Below are positions 9,806-16,454 of a stretch of DNA of 16,454 nucleotides, in pieces. Within the stretch, counting starts at the first letter, position 1. Each line of letters opens with the position of its first letter. A program made the position numbers and the translations under genes. Below the pieces are notes generated by a model. The model was not told the DNA's origin. It searched no databases and saw only the letters and a program-made list of their open reading frames with translations. This stretch comes from Moorena producens 3L (lineage in GTDB: Bacteria > Cyanobacteriota > Cyanobacteriia > Cyanobacteriales > Coleofasciculaceae): the NCBI RefSeq assembly GCF_000211815.1, contig NZ_GL890973.1:103777-120230 (forward strand). The letters are read 5' to 3'.

Positions 9806-9846
9806 GGTGCGACCCGTGGCGAATTTAATTACGGGTCAAGCGCACC
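9806..9846. repeat. Bulged stem-loop element, copy A of a duplicated about 25-bp core (copy B at 10134-10178).
   Basis: GGTGCGACCCGT-ggcgaatttaatt-ACGGGTcaagCGCACC. The 5' arm is an exact reverse complement of the 3' arm apart from a 4-nt bulge. The 25-mer ggtgcgacccgtggcgaatttaatt recurs exactly at 10134-10158. Confidence 0.8.
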
Positions 9847-9879
9847 GAGGGAGTGGGGAGTCGGGGTAATAAAATTGAA

Positions 9880-9909
9880 TGTACCTGATAAGGAGTGAGA
9901 AACGCTATA
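9880..9909 (+). repeat. Small dispersed dyad-symmetric repeat, about 30 bp, SDR-like. Other copies at 10206-10234 (+), 3129-3157 (-) and a partial at 10028-10044 (-).
   Basis: Consensus TGTACCTCATAGCTATGAGAAACGCTATA with palindromic core CATAGCTATG. Copies read 9880 tgtacctgataaggagtgagaaacgctata, 10206 tgtacctcataactgtgagaaacgctata, and the reverse complement of 3129-3157 tgtacctcatagctatgagaaacgctaga. Confidence 0.75.
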
Positions 9910-9976
9910 ACTGACCCAACTATGTTTGAGTCAGTTCCTTAGTTCAGCAACCTCTAAAGGATAAAGTCCGATAGCT

Positions 9977-10017
9977 ATGGGTGTTTAGATCATGGGTGTT
10001 TAGATCATGGGTGTTTA
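9977..10017. repeat. 15-bp tandem repeat atgggtgtttagatc x2.7. A second array of x2 lies at 10239-10268.
   Basis: atgggtgtttagatcatgggtgtttagatcatgggtgttta, and again at 10239 as atgggtgtttagatcatgggtgtttagatc. Confidence 0.9.
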
Positions 10018-10058
10018 TAGCAATTATCATAGCTATGAGGTACACAATTTCGGGATTT

Positions 10059-10116
10059 TAGGTAATAGGTAATAGGTAATAGGTAATAGGTAATAGTAAT
10101 AGGTAATAGTAATAGG
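10059..10116. repeat. STRR heptamer array GGTAATA (about 8 copies, two shortened to GTAATA).
   Basis: taggtaataggtaataggtaataggtaatagtaataggtaatagtaataggg. Confidence 0.9.
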
Positions 10117-10372
10117 GATGCGCTGCATCAAGAGGTGCGACCCGTGGCGAATTTAATTCTTAATGGTAAGAGCGCACCTAACAGGGAATCAGCTTCAAAG
10201 AATACTGTACCTCATAACTGTGAGAAACGCTATAGATCATGGGTGTTTAGATCATGGGTGTTTAGATCAAAGCCCTGCAGCTGTAGAACCGTCAACAGTC
10301 AACGCTCAACAGTGAACAAAACATGATCAATTAAAATATGCACATAAAATATCAAATAGCTAAGAGGAAATC

Positions 10373-10990
10373 GTGAACGGAAAACTTTCCACCCAACACT
10401 TAATTGTGTGCGGCTTAGGTGTAGCTATCCCGTTATTATACGCAGAGGTAGCCACCGCCGCCGCTGATCTAACCAATACTAGTGTAACTAACTGGAAAAA
10501 AATTCAGTATGAAAGCTTTCTGCCAAGGCTTGAAACACCAGAATTGTCCCCTCTCGAAGAAGTCAATCACTATCTGCGGCAAGAAGAAGATTTCTTTAAT
10601 AATACCCCTCGTTTAGTGATTAAACTAAGTGAGCGTCGTCTTTATGTTTATCGAGGAGATAAACTCGAAGCCAGTTATCCAGTTGCCATCGGTCAGCCTG
10701 GTTGGGAAACCCCTACAGGCAATTTCCAAGTGACACAGATGGTTCAAAATCCAGTTTGGAAGCATCCTCTAACTGGTGAAGTCGTTGCTCCAGGACCAGA
10801 AAACCCTCTTGGTCCAAGGTGGATGGCATTTTGGAGTGATGGAACAAACTACATCGGGTTTCATGGTACCAATGATGAGGAACTGGTGGGACAAGCAGTG
10901 TCTCACGGTTGCATCCGGATGCGTAATGATGATGTCAAAGCTTTGTATAACAGAGTGGCTTTGGGAACATCTGTAACAGTACAGGAATAG
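10373..10990 (+). CDS. L,D-transpeptidase (YkuD/ErfK family), secreted.
   Basis: 205-aa ORF. The N-terminus MNGKLSTQHLIVCGLGVAIPLLYAEVATAAA is hydrophobic and signal-peptide-like. The YkuD catalytic region is YIGFHGTNDEELVGQAVSHGCIRMRNDDV (His...SHGC Cys). Start is GTG at 10373, with AAGAGGAAA Shine-Dalgarno 4-12 nt upstream. Confidence 0.9.
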   Translation: MNGKLSTQHLIVCGLGVAIPLLYAEVATAAADLTNTSVTNWKKIQYESFLPRLETPELSPLEEVNHYLRQEEDFFNNTPRLVIKLSERRLYVYRGDKLEASYPVAIGQPGWETPTGNFQVTQMVQNPVWKHPLTGEVVAPGPENPLGPRWMAFWSDGTNYIGFHGTNDEELVGQAVSHGCIRMRNDDVKALYNRVALGTSVTVQE

Positions 10991-11000
10991 TTATTGTTGA

Positions 11001-11040
11001 CAGCTGCCCCTAGCTAAAGCTAGGGGATTGAGGCAGCTTG
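11001..11040 (+). terminator. Two-tier hairpin 11 nt after the transpeptidase stop. Possible terminator or stability element; it lacks a U-tract.
   Basis: CAGCTGC-CCCTAGC-taaa-GCTAGGG-gattga-GGCAGCT. The inner stem is 8 bp (cccctagc/gctagggg) and the outer stem is 7 bp. No T-run follows, so an intrinsic terminator is uncertain. Confidence 0.4.
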
Positions 11041-11087
11041 ATCAGGGTGGGCACAAGATGGTGATTCAAGCTTTTTGGTATATATAG

Positions 11088-11129
11088 CAGAAGTCAGAAG
11101 TCATTTGTCAGAAGTCATTTGTCAGAAGT
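11088..11129. repeat. 14-bp tandem repeat cagaagtcatttgt x about 2.7, preceded by TATATA (11081-11086).
   Basis: cagaagtcagaagtcatttgtcagaagtcatttgtcagaagtaaaac. Confidence 0.8.
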
Positions 11130-11147
11130 AAAACTCTTGCGCTTCTT

Positions 11148-11191
11148 GATGCAGTCGCTCATGGGGGAAACCCCCAAGACCGCGCTGCATC
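11148..11191 (+). promoter_or_regulatory. Extended stem-loop in the region upstream of ccdA (putative 5'UTR).
   Basis: GATGCAGtcgc-tcat-GGGGG-aaa-CCCCC-aagaccgcg-CTGCATC. A 7-bp outer stem encloses a GGGGG/CCCCC stem with an AAA loop. The motif GCGCTGCATC also occurs at 10121-10130. Confidence 0.4.
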
Positions 11192-11307
11192 GCTTACAAA
11201 GGGTGTGAGACTTTTGTCATGTCCTAACTGCCCTGGCGACTGCTATATCCCTGGGATTTGGCCACTCTACTTGAGGGGTTCAATACGCTAAAATTCAAGC
11301 AAACTGG

Positions 11308-12063
11308 GTGTTAAAATTCCCTATGCTTGACACATTCTCGACTCAACTCTATCAACTCCAACAATTCGCTAATAACCTGGTTGACAGCCAACTGACTCAC
11401 CTGAGCCTAGTCAGCATAGCCATCATCTTTGCTGCTGGGTTGCTGACTAGCCTAACCCCCTGTATGCTATCAATGCTACCGATCACGATTGGCTACATCG
11501 GTGGTTATGAAAATCAAGGACGGCTGCAAGCTGCTACCCAATCGGTATGGTTTTCCTTAGGCTTAGCCACAACCTTAGCTGCATTAGGAATTATCGCAGC
11601 ATCTATCGGGCGAGTCTATGGTCAAATCGGTGTTGGCTTACCGATTATTGTGAGCCTAATCGCCATTATTATGGGGTTGAATTTACTAGAAGCACTACCG
11701 CTACAGTTTCCAACTTGGGGTGGTATGGATTGGATTTCCCAGGAATGGCCGAAAGGGTTACGCTCTTATCTCATTGGTTTGACCTTCGGTTTAGTTGCGT
11801 CTCCTTGCAGTACACCGGTATTAGCAACGTTACTGGCTTGGGTTGTCTCAACTAAAGATTTAGTGTTAGGTGGTGCCTTGCTGTTGTCTTATACAGCTGG
11901 TTATGTGGCACCCTTGATCTTGGCAGGTACGTTTACTGCTTCAATTAAACGATTATTAGAATTGCGACAGTGGTCGAGTTGGATTACACCAGTAAGTGGT
12001 GCGCTATTGGTGGCATTTGGTGTGTTTTCGTTGTTGTCTCGGATTCCTGTGGGAATTTTTTGA
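11308..12063 (+). CDS. ccdA: Cytochrome c-type biogenesis protein CcdA (DsbD-family thiol:disulfide transporter).
   Basis: 251-aa ORF with 6 or more TM segments. The two conserved CcdA cysteines sit in LTSLTPCMLSMLPI and LVASPCSTPVLATLL. The tool start is GTG 11308; the alternative ATG at 11323 (MLDTFST...) is equally plausible. Confidence 0.9.
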   Translation: MLKFPMLDTFSTQLYQLQQFANNLVDSQLTHLSLVSIAIIFAAGLLTSLTPCMLSMLPITIGYIGGYENQGRLQAATQSVWFSLGLATTLAALGIIAASIGRVYGQIGVGLPIIVSLIAIIMGLNLLEALPLQFPTWGGMDWISQEWPKGLRSYLIGLTFGLVASPCSTPVLATLLAWVVSTKDLVLGGALLLSYTAGYVAPLILAGTFTASIKRLLELRQWSSWITPVSGALLVAFGVFSLLSRIPVGIF

Positions 12064-12084
12064 CTGAGTACTGAGTGCGTCGTA

Positions 12085-12228
12085 AGCTATCAGCTATCAG
12101 CTATCAGCTATCAGCTATCAGTTATCAGCTATCAGCTATCAGTTATCAGCTATCAGCTATCAGCTATCAGCTATCAGCTATCAGTTATCAGCTATCAGCT
12201 ATCAGTTATCAGCTATCAGCTATCAGCT
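12085..12228. repeat. STRR heptamer array AGCTATC/AGTTATC of about 20.5 copies, organised as two identical 63-bp higher-order blocks.
   Basis: Units 1-9 (12085-12147) and 10-18 (12148-12210) share the same C/T variant pattern C-C-C-C-C-T-C-C-T. Two further units and a partial follow. Confidence 0.92.
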
Positions 12229-12348
12229 TATGCGCTACGCGCAATGGACTTTTCTGGTGACTTTCAATTATCATAAATCTCGAACTATTAAATTCTCTCG
12301 TTTGCGCACGCTACGGGAACGGCGCACGCTACGCTGGGTTTATTTTAA

Positions 12349-12397
<49 letters not shown>

Positions 12398-12464
12398 GCT
12401 ACTGAGATTCTTTTCATAAATCTGCTCATCCTATTCAGAAAACAAGTAATTAACTAGACTGAAT

Positions 12465-13907
12465 ATGACTTTAGAAAACTCATCAGATAACTCATCAGAT
12501 AACTCATCAAATAACTCATCAGATAACTCATCAAATAACTCATCAAATAACTCATCATTGAATAGTAGCAGTCGGTTGTGGCGTCGGTTAGTATCAGTGC
12601 TGGCTAACTTACGGTTAGCGATTATCTTGCTGCTTGCGATCGCATTCTTTAGCATCAGCGGTACAGTTATTGAACAGGGTGAATCTCTGGCATTTTACCA
12701 AGCTAATTATCCTGAAGACCCAGCGTTGTTTGGTTTCCTGAGCTGGAAGGTGTTGTTGCTGCTAGGGTTAGATCATGTCTACCGGACTTGGTGGTTTTTG
12801 TCCTTATTAGTGTTATTCGGTAGTAGTCTGACCGCCTGTACCTTCACTCGTCAATTTCCAGCTTTAAAAGCAGCCCGGAATTGGAAGTTTTACAAAGAAC
12901 CCCGCCAGTTTGGGAAACTTGCTTTGAGTGTAGAGTTGGACAAGGGGTCTTTTACTTCCCTCACTGAGTTGTTAGAGAAGCGGCGTTACAAGGTATTCCA
13001 AGAGGGGGATACTATCTACGCCCGTAAAGGAATTATCGGACGGATTGGTCCAATTGTAGTACATGCCAGTATGTTGATTATCCTGGGAGGGTCAATTTGG
13101 GGCTCAATGACAGGATTTACGGCTCAGGAAATGGTTACCAGTGGCAATACATTCCAAGTTAGAAACATTATTGATGCCGGTCCGTTTGCTTGGCCCCAAA
13201 TCCCCAAAGATTTGTCAGTGCGGGTGAATCGTTTCTGGATTGATTACACTCCATCCGGGGATATTGATCAATTTTACTCCAATCTGTCAGTTTTGGATAG
13301 TCAAGGTGAGGACATTGACCAAGAGACTATCTATGTGAATAAGCCCCTAAGATATCGAGGTGTCACCTTTTACCAAACGGATTGGGGGATTGCTGGGGTT
13401 CAGGTGCAGTTGAATAATAGTCCAATTTTCCAGCTTCCCATGGCACAACTTCCCACTAATGGTGAGGGACGGATTTGGGGCACTTGGGTTCCCACAAAAC
13501 CTGATTTAAGTGAAGGGGTATCCCTTTTAGCTAGGGATTTGCAGGGAACCCTGTTTGTTTATGATGGAACGGGTAATCTCGTTTCAAGTGTTCGTTCTGG
13601 TATGGGGATTAAGGTCAATGGGGTGATACTTAAAATTAAAGATGTCATCGGCAGCACTGGCTTACAAATTAAAGCTGACCCGGGTATTCCCTTTGTTTAC
13701 ACTGGCTTTGGTTTACTGATGTTAGGGGTACTGATGAGTTATGTCTCCCACTCTCAGATTTGGGCATTACAAAAAGGCGATCGCTTTTATATTGGTGGGA
13801 AAACCAATCGTGCTTTGGTCACCTTTGAACGGGAATTGATTGAGATTTTAGAGCAGGTGGGTGAATCATCCCAGACCGTAGAACCTTTACTAGCTAAATC
13901 TGCTTAG
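12465..13907 (+). CDS. ccs1: Cytochrome c biogenesis protein Ccs1/ResB (CcsB, System II).
   Basis: 480-aa ORF. The ResB-family N-terminal signature is [50 protein letters not shown]. It has a large soluble domain and the C-terminal [25 protein letters not shown]. It lies directly downstream of ccdA. The true start is uncertain: ATG 12465, or in-frame TTG/GTG after the repeat. Confidence 0.9.
   Translation: MTLENSSDNSSDNSSNNSSDNSSNNSSNNSSLNSSSRLWRRLVSVLANLRLAIILLLAIAFFSISGTVIEQGESLAFYQANYPEDPALFGFLSWKVLLLLGLDHVYRTWWFLSLLVLFGSSLTACTFTRQFPALKAARNWKFYKEPRQFGKLALSVELDKGSFTSLTELLEKRRYKVFQEGDTIYARKGIIGRIGPIVVHASMLIILGGSIWGSMTGFTAQEMVTSGNTFQVRNIIDAGPFAWPQIPKDLSVRVNRFWIDYTPSGDIDQFYSNLSVLDSQGEDIDQETIYVNKPLRYRGVTFYQTDWGIAGVQVQLNNSPIFQLPMAQLPTNGEGRIWGTWVPTKPDLSEGVSLLARDLQGTLFVYDGTGNLVSSVRSGMGIKVNGVILKIKDVIGSTGLQIKADPGIPFVYTGFGLLMLGVLMSYVSHSQIWALQKGDRFYIGGKTNRALVTFERELIEILEQVGESSQTVEPLLAKSA
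12478..12561 (+). repeat. In-frame 12-bp tandem repeat AACTCATCA(G/A)AT x7 inside the 5' end of ccs1.
   Basis: It encodes (N)[26 protein letters not shown]. The variant order is G,G,A,G,A,A. The opposite strand reads [11 protein letters not shown]... Confidence 0.9.
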
Positions 13908-13958
13908 TATGACCGCGATCCAGCTTCCGAACAGGGGAGCCAGTGCCGCCAAGACGTG

Positions 13959-16454
13959 CTAGTTGTTCAATAGATACTTGTTCAATTCTGCAGTTAGACC
14001 CTCAACTTGAGGGGCTTTCATAATAGTGAAATGGTCTCCAGTAATAGTGTGAGTTTGGATATTACCTAGAACTAGAGAACCCCAGCCGTGGGTTGGGTCT
14101 TCAATTACTGCTGGGGAAGTTTGACTAGCATTTAGAAGGAGAACTGAACCTGGATAAGCTTGTGGTTGATAATAAGAGTTTGCTGCTAGATTTGCTTGAA
14201 AAACTTCCCATAAAGAACGCATTTGCTCTATTTCTAGGTCTGATGGGAATATCCCTTGCTGTTTGGCTTGCTCAAATAGATGCAAAACTTGCTGGGATGC
14301 TTCAAGTTGTCTAAGTGTTTCATGGGATATATCTAACTCTTGACCATAAAGACCTCCCAAATCTTGAGCCAATAGATTTACTATCATGGCTTGATCTATT
14401 TCTGAAGGTTTCCGAATTAAAGTGGGTGCATAACTGTCTATTAACGTTAGAAGAGCCACTGGCTCATTTTTAGCCTGTAATTGTTGTGCCATCTCATAAG
14501 CAATTACACCTCCAAAAGACCAGCCTATTAGGTGTAATGGTCCTTGGGAATGAATTGGCTTTATTGCCTCAATATAATGGGATGCCATCTCCTCAACAGA
14601 AGTTAAGGGTTGCTGTTGTCCATCTAAACCAAGAGATTGTAAACCATATACTGGATAATCTTGATCTAAATGACGAGCTAACTCTGCATAACACAGGACA
14701 TTACCACCACCAGGGTGAATAAAAAACAAGGGGGGTTGGTTTCCACTGGTTTTAATGGGAACTAATATGGAGTGAGATGTATCTACTGAACAATCCAGAA
14801 AGCTGGCTAACTGTTCAATGGTTGGACTTTGGAAAAGGGTTGCTAAAGGCAAATTGATTTGGAATTGTTGTTTAATCTGGGACATTAAACGGACAGCCAG
14901 TAGAGAATGTCCTCCGATTTCAAAGAAGTTGTCATGTATTCCTACATCTGGCACTCCTAGAACATTGGCGAAGATGTTGGCGATTATTTCTTCGGTTGGA
15001 GTACATGGAGCTACATATTCCTCCACCCTGCTGAAAACCCCATCAGGTGCAGGTAGGGATTTGCGGTCTACTTTGCCGTTTGGTGTTAAGGGCAGGGTGT
15101 CTAAGGTAACGAAGGCACTGGGCACCATATAGTCTGGTAGTTTCTGAAAGAGGAATTCTCGTAGTTGCTTGGTGCTTAGTGATTCGGACTGACTGACATA
15201 ATAGGCGACTAGGCGTTTGTGACCAGGAACATCTTCTGTTACAATTACTGCGGTTTGTTGGATGTGGGGATGGGTGGACAGTACTGATTCTATTTCCCCT
15301 AGTTCGATGCGGAAACCCCTGATTTTGACTTGGTTATCGATCCGACCGAGAAATTCAATGTTACCGTCTCGTCGGTATCTCGCCAGGTCTCCGGTTTTGT
15401 AGAGTCGTTCTGAAAAGGAACTACACAAGGGATTTGGGATGAATTTTTCTGATGTTAGTTCTGGGCGATTTAGGTATCCTCTGGCTAGTCCATCACCTCC
15501 TAGGTATAATTCTCCGGGTACGCCTATGGGTACTGGTTCCAGGTTTTTGTCTAGGATATAGATTTGGGTGTTGGCGATGGGGCGACCTATGGGGGGAAGT
15601 GATGACCAATCACTGGGAAAACCATTTAATTTAAAAGCACTGACCACATGAGTTTCTGTTGGTCCATACTGATTTTCTAGACGGCAATTAGACAGTTTTT
15701 CAAAAAAGTTCCTGAGGGTGGGAGTAATTTGTAACTGTTCTCCTGCGGTAATCAATTCACACAGTGTAGAGGGTAGACATTCCGGACTAGTCAAAGCACT
15801 AGTCGCTAAGTATTCTAGAGCCACAAACGGTAGAAAGAGTCTTTCGATACCTTGTTGTTTGAGCAATTGCAATAAGGCAGTTCCATCTCTTCGTACATCT
15901 TCTGGTATCAATACTAATGTTCCACCTGAACACCAAGTAGATAAGATTTCTTGGAAGGAGACATCAAAGCTTATCGGTGTAAATTGCCCAGTTTTTGTGC
16001 CGTATTTGGCAGAGGAGTTTTTCAACTGCCACAGGATAAGATTAACCAGAGGACTATGGTTCATGGCAACCCCCTTAGGTTGACCAGTAGAACCAGAAGT
16101 ATAAATCACATAAGCCAAATTATGTGAATGAACCCCAACATCAAGATTCTCCCCACTATATTGCTCTATGGCACCCCAATCACTATCCAAGCAAACCACC
16201 TGGGCTTGATTTTGTGGCAAAGATTCTAGTAACGACTGTTGAGTCAACAACACTTCAACACCCGAATCGCCCAACATATAACTCAGTCGTTGGTGAGGAT
16301 AATTAGAGTCCAGGGGTACATAAGCACCACCCGCCTTGAGTATCGGCCCAACAGTCCTACCACCATCTGTACAGAACGTTCCACACAAATACCCACCAAT
16401 ACTTCTGGTCCTACTCCTAAGTTTTGTAGGTGATGTGCTAGTTGATTCGCCTTT
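13959..16454 (-). CDS. Non-ribosomal peptide synthetase, terminal module (adenylation, PCP, thioesterase). The 5' end is partial and a −1 frameshift is present near 16344.
   Basis: Frame a (the 13959..16388 ORF) carries the A-domain cores: A2 LKAGGAYVPLD, A3 YTSGSTGQPKGV, A4 FDVS, A5 NQYGPTETHV, A6 GELYLGGDGLARGY, A7 YKTGDLARY, A8 GRIDNQVKIRGFRIELGEIES, A10 NGKVDRKSL. The PCP is FFEIGGHSLLAVRL (Ser codon 14904-14906). The TE is GWSFGG (Ser codon 14517-14519). Stop is TAG at 13961-13959. The listed 'M' at 16388 is really a TTG codon; the frame stays open to the window edge. Upstream of about 16344 the NRPS-like sequence (KANQLAHHLQNLGVGPEVLVGICVERSVQMVVGLLG) is in a different frame. Confidence 0.88.
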   Translation of the reverse strand, partial: KGESTSTSPTKLRSRTRSIGGYLCGTFCTDGGRTVGPILKAGGAYVPLDSNYPHQRLSYMLGDSGVEVLLTQQSLLESLPQNQAQVVCLDSDWGAIEQYSGENLDVGVHSHNLAYVIYTSGSTGQPKGVAMNHSPLVNLILWQLKNSSAKYGTKTGQFTPISFDVSFQEILSTWCSGGTLVLIPEDVRRDGTALLQLLKQQGIERLFLPFVALEYLATSALTSPECLPSTLCELITAGEQLQITPTLRNFFEKLSNCRLENQYGPTETHVVSAFKLNGFPSDWSSLPPIGRPIANTQIYILDKNLEPVPIGVPGELYLGGDGLARGYLNRPELTSEKFIPNPLCSSFSERLYKTGDLARYRRDGNIEFLGRIDNQVKIRGFRIELGEIESVLSTHPHIQQTAVIVTEDVPGHKRLVAYYVSQSESLSTKQLREFLFQKLPDYMVPSAFVTLDTLPLTPNGKVDRKSLPAPDGVFSRVEEYVAPCTPTEEIIANIFANVLGVPDVGIHDNFFEIGGHSLLAVRLMSQIKQQFQINLPLATLFQSPTIEQLASFLDCSVDTSHSILVPIKTSGNQPPLFFIHPGGGNVLCYAELARHLDQDYPVYGLQSLGLDGQQQPLTSVEEMASHYIEAIKPIHSQGPLHLIGWSFGGVIAYEMAQQLQAKNEPVALLTLIDSYAPTLIRKPSEIDQAMIVNLLAQDLGGLYGQELDISHETLRQLEASQQVLHLFEQAKQQGIFPSDLEIEQMRSLWEVFQANLAANSYYQPQAYPGSVLLLNASQTSPAVIEDPTHGWGSLVLGNIQTHTITGDHFTIMKAPQVEGLTAELNKYLLNN

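Noticed and set aside
10135-10326. 63-aa ORF spanning the duplicated composite repeat (…RSWVFRSWVFRS…).
   Set aside because: Its internal repeats mirror the 15-bp DNA tandem. It lies wholly in repetitive intergenic DNA.
11150-11209. 19-codon ORF MQSLMGETPKTALHRLQRV overlapping a hairpin.
   Set aside because: It has no Shine-Dalgarno sequence. It coincides exactly with a palindromic structure, which makes an ORF likely by chance, and it is too short to support.
11270-11290. tRNA-like T-loop (GGTTCAATAC).
   Set aside because: No matching acceptor, D or anticodon stems exist around it. It lies in the ccdA leader.
12075-12260. 61-aa ORF encoding (LSAISYQ)n.
   Set aside because: It is simply the CTATCAG heptamer array in one frame and has no start context.
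12431-12655. 74-aa minus-strand ORF with [11 protein letters not shown] repeats.
   Set aside because: It is the antisense reading of the 12-mer repeat inside ccs1. The sense strand encodes a well-supported ResB/Ccs1 protein.
16386-16388. Listed Met start of the NRPS ORF.
   Set aside because: The codon is TTG, chosen by the ORF finder as the first start-capable codon. The frame is open to the window edge and NRPS-like sequence continues upstream in another frame. It is not a real N-terminus.

Overview
The window is a chromosomal segment from a filamentous (Nostocales-type) cyanobacterium. The origin is supported by nine HIP1 octamers (GCGATCGC) and at least eight different heptanucleotide STRR tandem-repeat families in the intergenic spacers. 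The protein-coding genes are mostly recognisable. An Hsp70-family ATPase (partial) and a large polytopic membrane protein sit together on the minus strand. A two-gene sensor-kinase operon follows on the same strand, with its stop and start codons overlapping (TAGTG). The plus strand then carries dxs, mtnA, a YkuD-type L,D-transpeptidase, and the System II cytochrome c biogenesis pair ccdA and ccs1/resB. At the right edge, on the minus strand, is the terminal module (adenylation, PCP, thioesterase) of a non-ribosomal peptide synthetase that runs off the window.

No obvious new protein system is present. The unusual content lies in the non-coding DNA and at gene edges:
- An apparent frameshift inside the NRPS adenylation domain, between the conserved '...VVGLLG' stretch and the A2 motif 'ILKAGGAYVPLD'.
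- A perfect 40-bp minisatellite of five copies with an internal palindrome.
- A 611-bp intergenic mosaic holding a duplicated composite element and a roughly 30-bp dyad-symmetric dispersed repeat. That repeat also sits by the membrane-protein gene's promoter 7 kb away.
- A 63-bp higher-order repeat inside a heptamer array that splits ccdA from ccs1.
- An in-frame 12-bp tandem repeat giving an (SSDN)n extension on the Ccs1 N-terminus.

All calls rest on reading the ORF translations and the raw sequence. No database search was run.
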